Assembly (NCBI GenBank): GCA_017936585.1
Contig: JAGBFI010000038.1
Coordinates: 46,503 to 110,502 of the forward strand
DNA: 64,000 nucleotides
Direction: 5' to 3'
Origin: Clostridia bacterium
GTDB taxonomy: Bacteria; Bacillota; Clostridia; Christensenellales; UBA1242
Of the stretch, positions 63,286 to 64,000 are shown piece after piece. The position numbers and the translations under genes were made by a program. The notes beneath the pieces are model-generated. The model was not told where the DNA came from and did no database searches. It worked only from the letters and a program-made list of their open reading frames with translations. Each line of letters begins with the position of its first letter. The stretch's first letter is position 1.

Positions 63286-64000
63286 ATGGATGAAAGACAC
63301 ATTGAAAAACTGATTGACTCCCAAAGGATTTTTTTTCAAAGCGGAGCAACCCTGTCGGTGAAATTCCGAATTGAAATGCTCAAAAAGCTGCGTGACGCCG
63401 TCAAAAATCATGAGCAAGAAATTGCTGCGGCGCTTACCGCCGATTTGGGCAAAAGCTATTATGAAGGATATATGTGTGAAATTGGTTTGGCATTGACAGA
63501 AATCAATTACATGATTCGTCACACCCGCAAGTTTGCCAAAAAGCACAAAGTTCGCACCCCCATCACGCAGTTCCCGGCAAAAAGCTATCAGCTGCCAGTG
63601 CCCTTTGGCAATGTTCTGATTATGAGCCCTTGGAACTACCCTTTCCTACTTACGATTGCCCCGATTGCTGATGCAATCGCAGCAGGCAACACGATTGTCG
63701 TCAAGCCAAGCGCCTATTCACCAGCAACAAGCAGCGTGATTGAAAAAATCATCAAGGAAACTTATCCTTCTGAATATGTTTCAGTTGTGATGGGCGGACG
63801 AAAAGAAAATGTCAGCCTGCTGGAACAAAAATTTGATTTTATATTTTTCACCGGAAGCCAAAATGTCGGCAAGGAAGTTTTGAGACATGCTGCCGAAAAT
63901 TTGACTCCTGTCGCTCTTGAACTTGGTGGAAAAAGTCCTTGCATTGTGGACAAAACTGCAAATATAAAAACTGCCGCAAAACGAATTGTTTTTGGCAAAT
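63286..64000 (+). CDS. Aldehyde dehydrogenase (class-3-like), partial (runs off the window end)
   Basis: Manual translation from the ATG at 63286 (GAGGTG RBS) gives MDERHIEKLIDSQRIFFQSGATLSVKFRIEMLKKL...SPWNYPFLL...VVKPS...FFTGS...ELGGKSPCIV. It is missing from the ORF track because no stop lies inside the window. Confidence 0.85.
   Translation, partial: MDERHIEKLIDSQRIFFQSGATLSVKFRIEMLKKLRDAVKNHEQEIAAALTADLGKSYYEGYMCEIGLALTEINYMIRHTRKFAKKHKVRTPITQFPAKSYQLPVPFGNVLIMSPWNYPFLLTIAPIADAIAAGNTIVVKPSAYSPATSSVIEKIIKETYPSEYVSVVMGGRKENVSLLEQKFDFIFFTGSQNVGKEVLRHAAENLTPVALELGGKSPCIVDKTANIKTAAKRIVFGK

Noticed and set aside
1-64000. Genome-wide reassignment of TAA (suggested by the two in-frame TAA events)
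   Set aside because: Well-defined genes end at TAA immediately before terminators. For example typA ends at 1222-1224 followed by the hairpin at 1190-1209. TAA therefore functions as a stop here. Neither tRNA in the window is a suppressor (anticodons UGC and UCG). Local mutation, error or readthrough is more parsimonious.
1-64000. CRISPR arrays, IS elements, transposases, integrases, prophage genes
   Set aside because: I saw no regularly spaced direct repeats, no DDE/serine/tyrosine recombinase-like translations and no phage structural genes on either strand. I also found no partial duplicates of the tRNA 3' ends (att-like repeats) by eye, although an exact computational repeat search would be needed to be sure.

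Overview
The window looks like chromosomal DNA from a low-GC Bacillota (Firmicutes) organism, Clostridia-like. It uses the standard genetic code. Supporting context includes yabP-yabQ-divIC sporulation genes, pflBA, and a SAM-I riboswitch upstream of metK. Almost every gene from 1 to 57 kb lies on the minus strand. Housekeeping genes I can recognise are metK (partial), typA/bipA, an RluA-family pseudouridine synthase, cvpA, pflA/pflB, cls, an ABC-F ATPase, an Fe-alcohol dehydrogenase, an aldehyde dehydrogenase (partial), tRNA-Ala(UGC) and tRNA-Arg(UCG). Two giant surface-protein loci take up about 23 kb. One is a 3,666-aa lipoprotein. The other is a 4,029-codon reading frame split by a single in-frame TAA. 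The most interesting locus is a tightly packed seven-gene minus-strand operon at 22401-30213. It encodes two Snf7/CHMP-type ESCRT-III-like coiled-coil proteins and a MIT-domain AAA ATPase of the Vps4/CdvC type. It also encodes a YdjI-like SPFH protein with zinc ribbons, two small adaptor-like proteins, and a 1,260-aa protein combining a Zn-ribbon, TPR repeats, a TIR-like module, three TM segments and GLUG repeats. Together these look like a complete ESCRT-III/Vps4-style membrane-remodelling module in a bacterium. Other points worth a second look are a second in-frame TAA followed by 73 open codons, two unusual Cys-rich small proteins, an orphan VirD4/TraG-type coupling protein next to a tRNA, cls translationally coupled to a giant surface gene, and a predicted leaderless transcript. 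All family assignments were made by eye from the translations. No HMM or BLAST search was possible, so each assignment names the search that would confirm or refute it.
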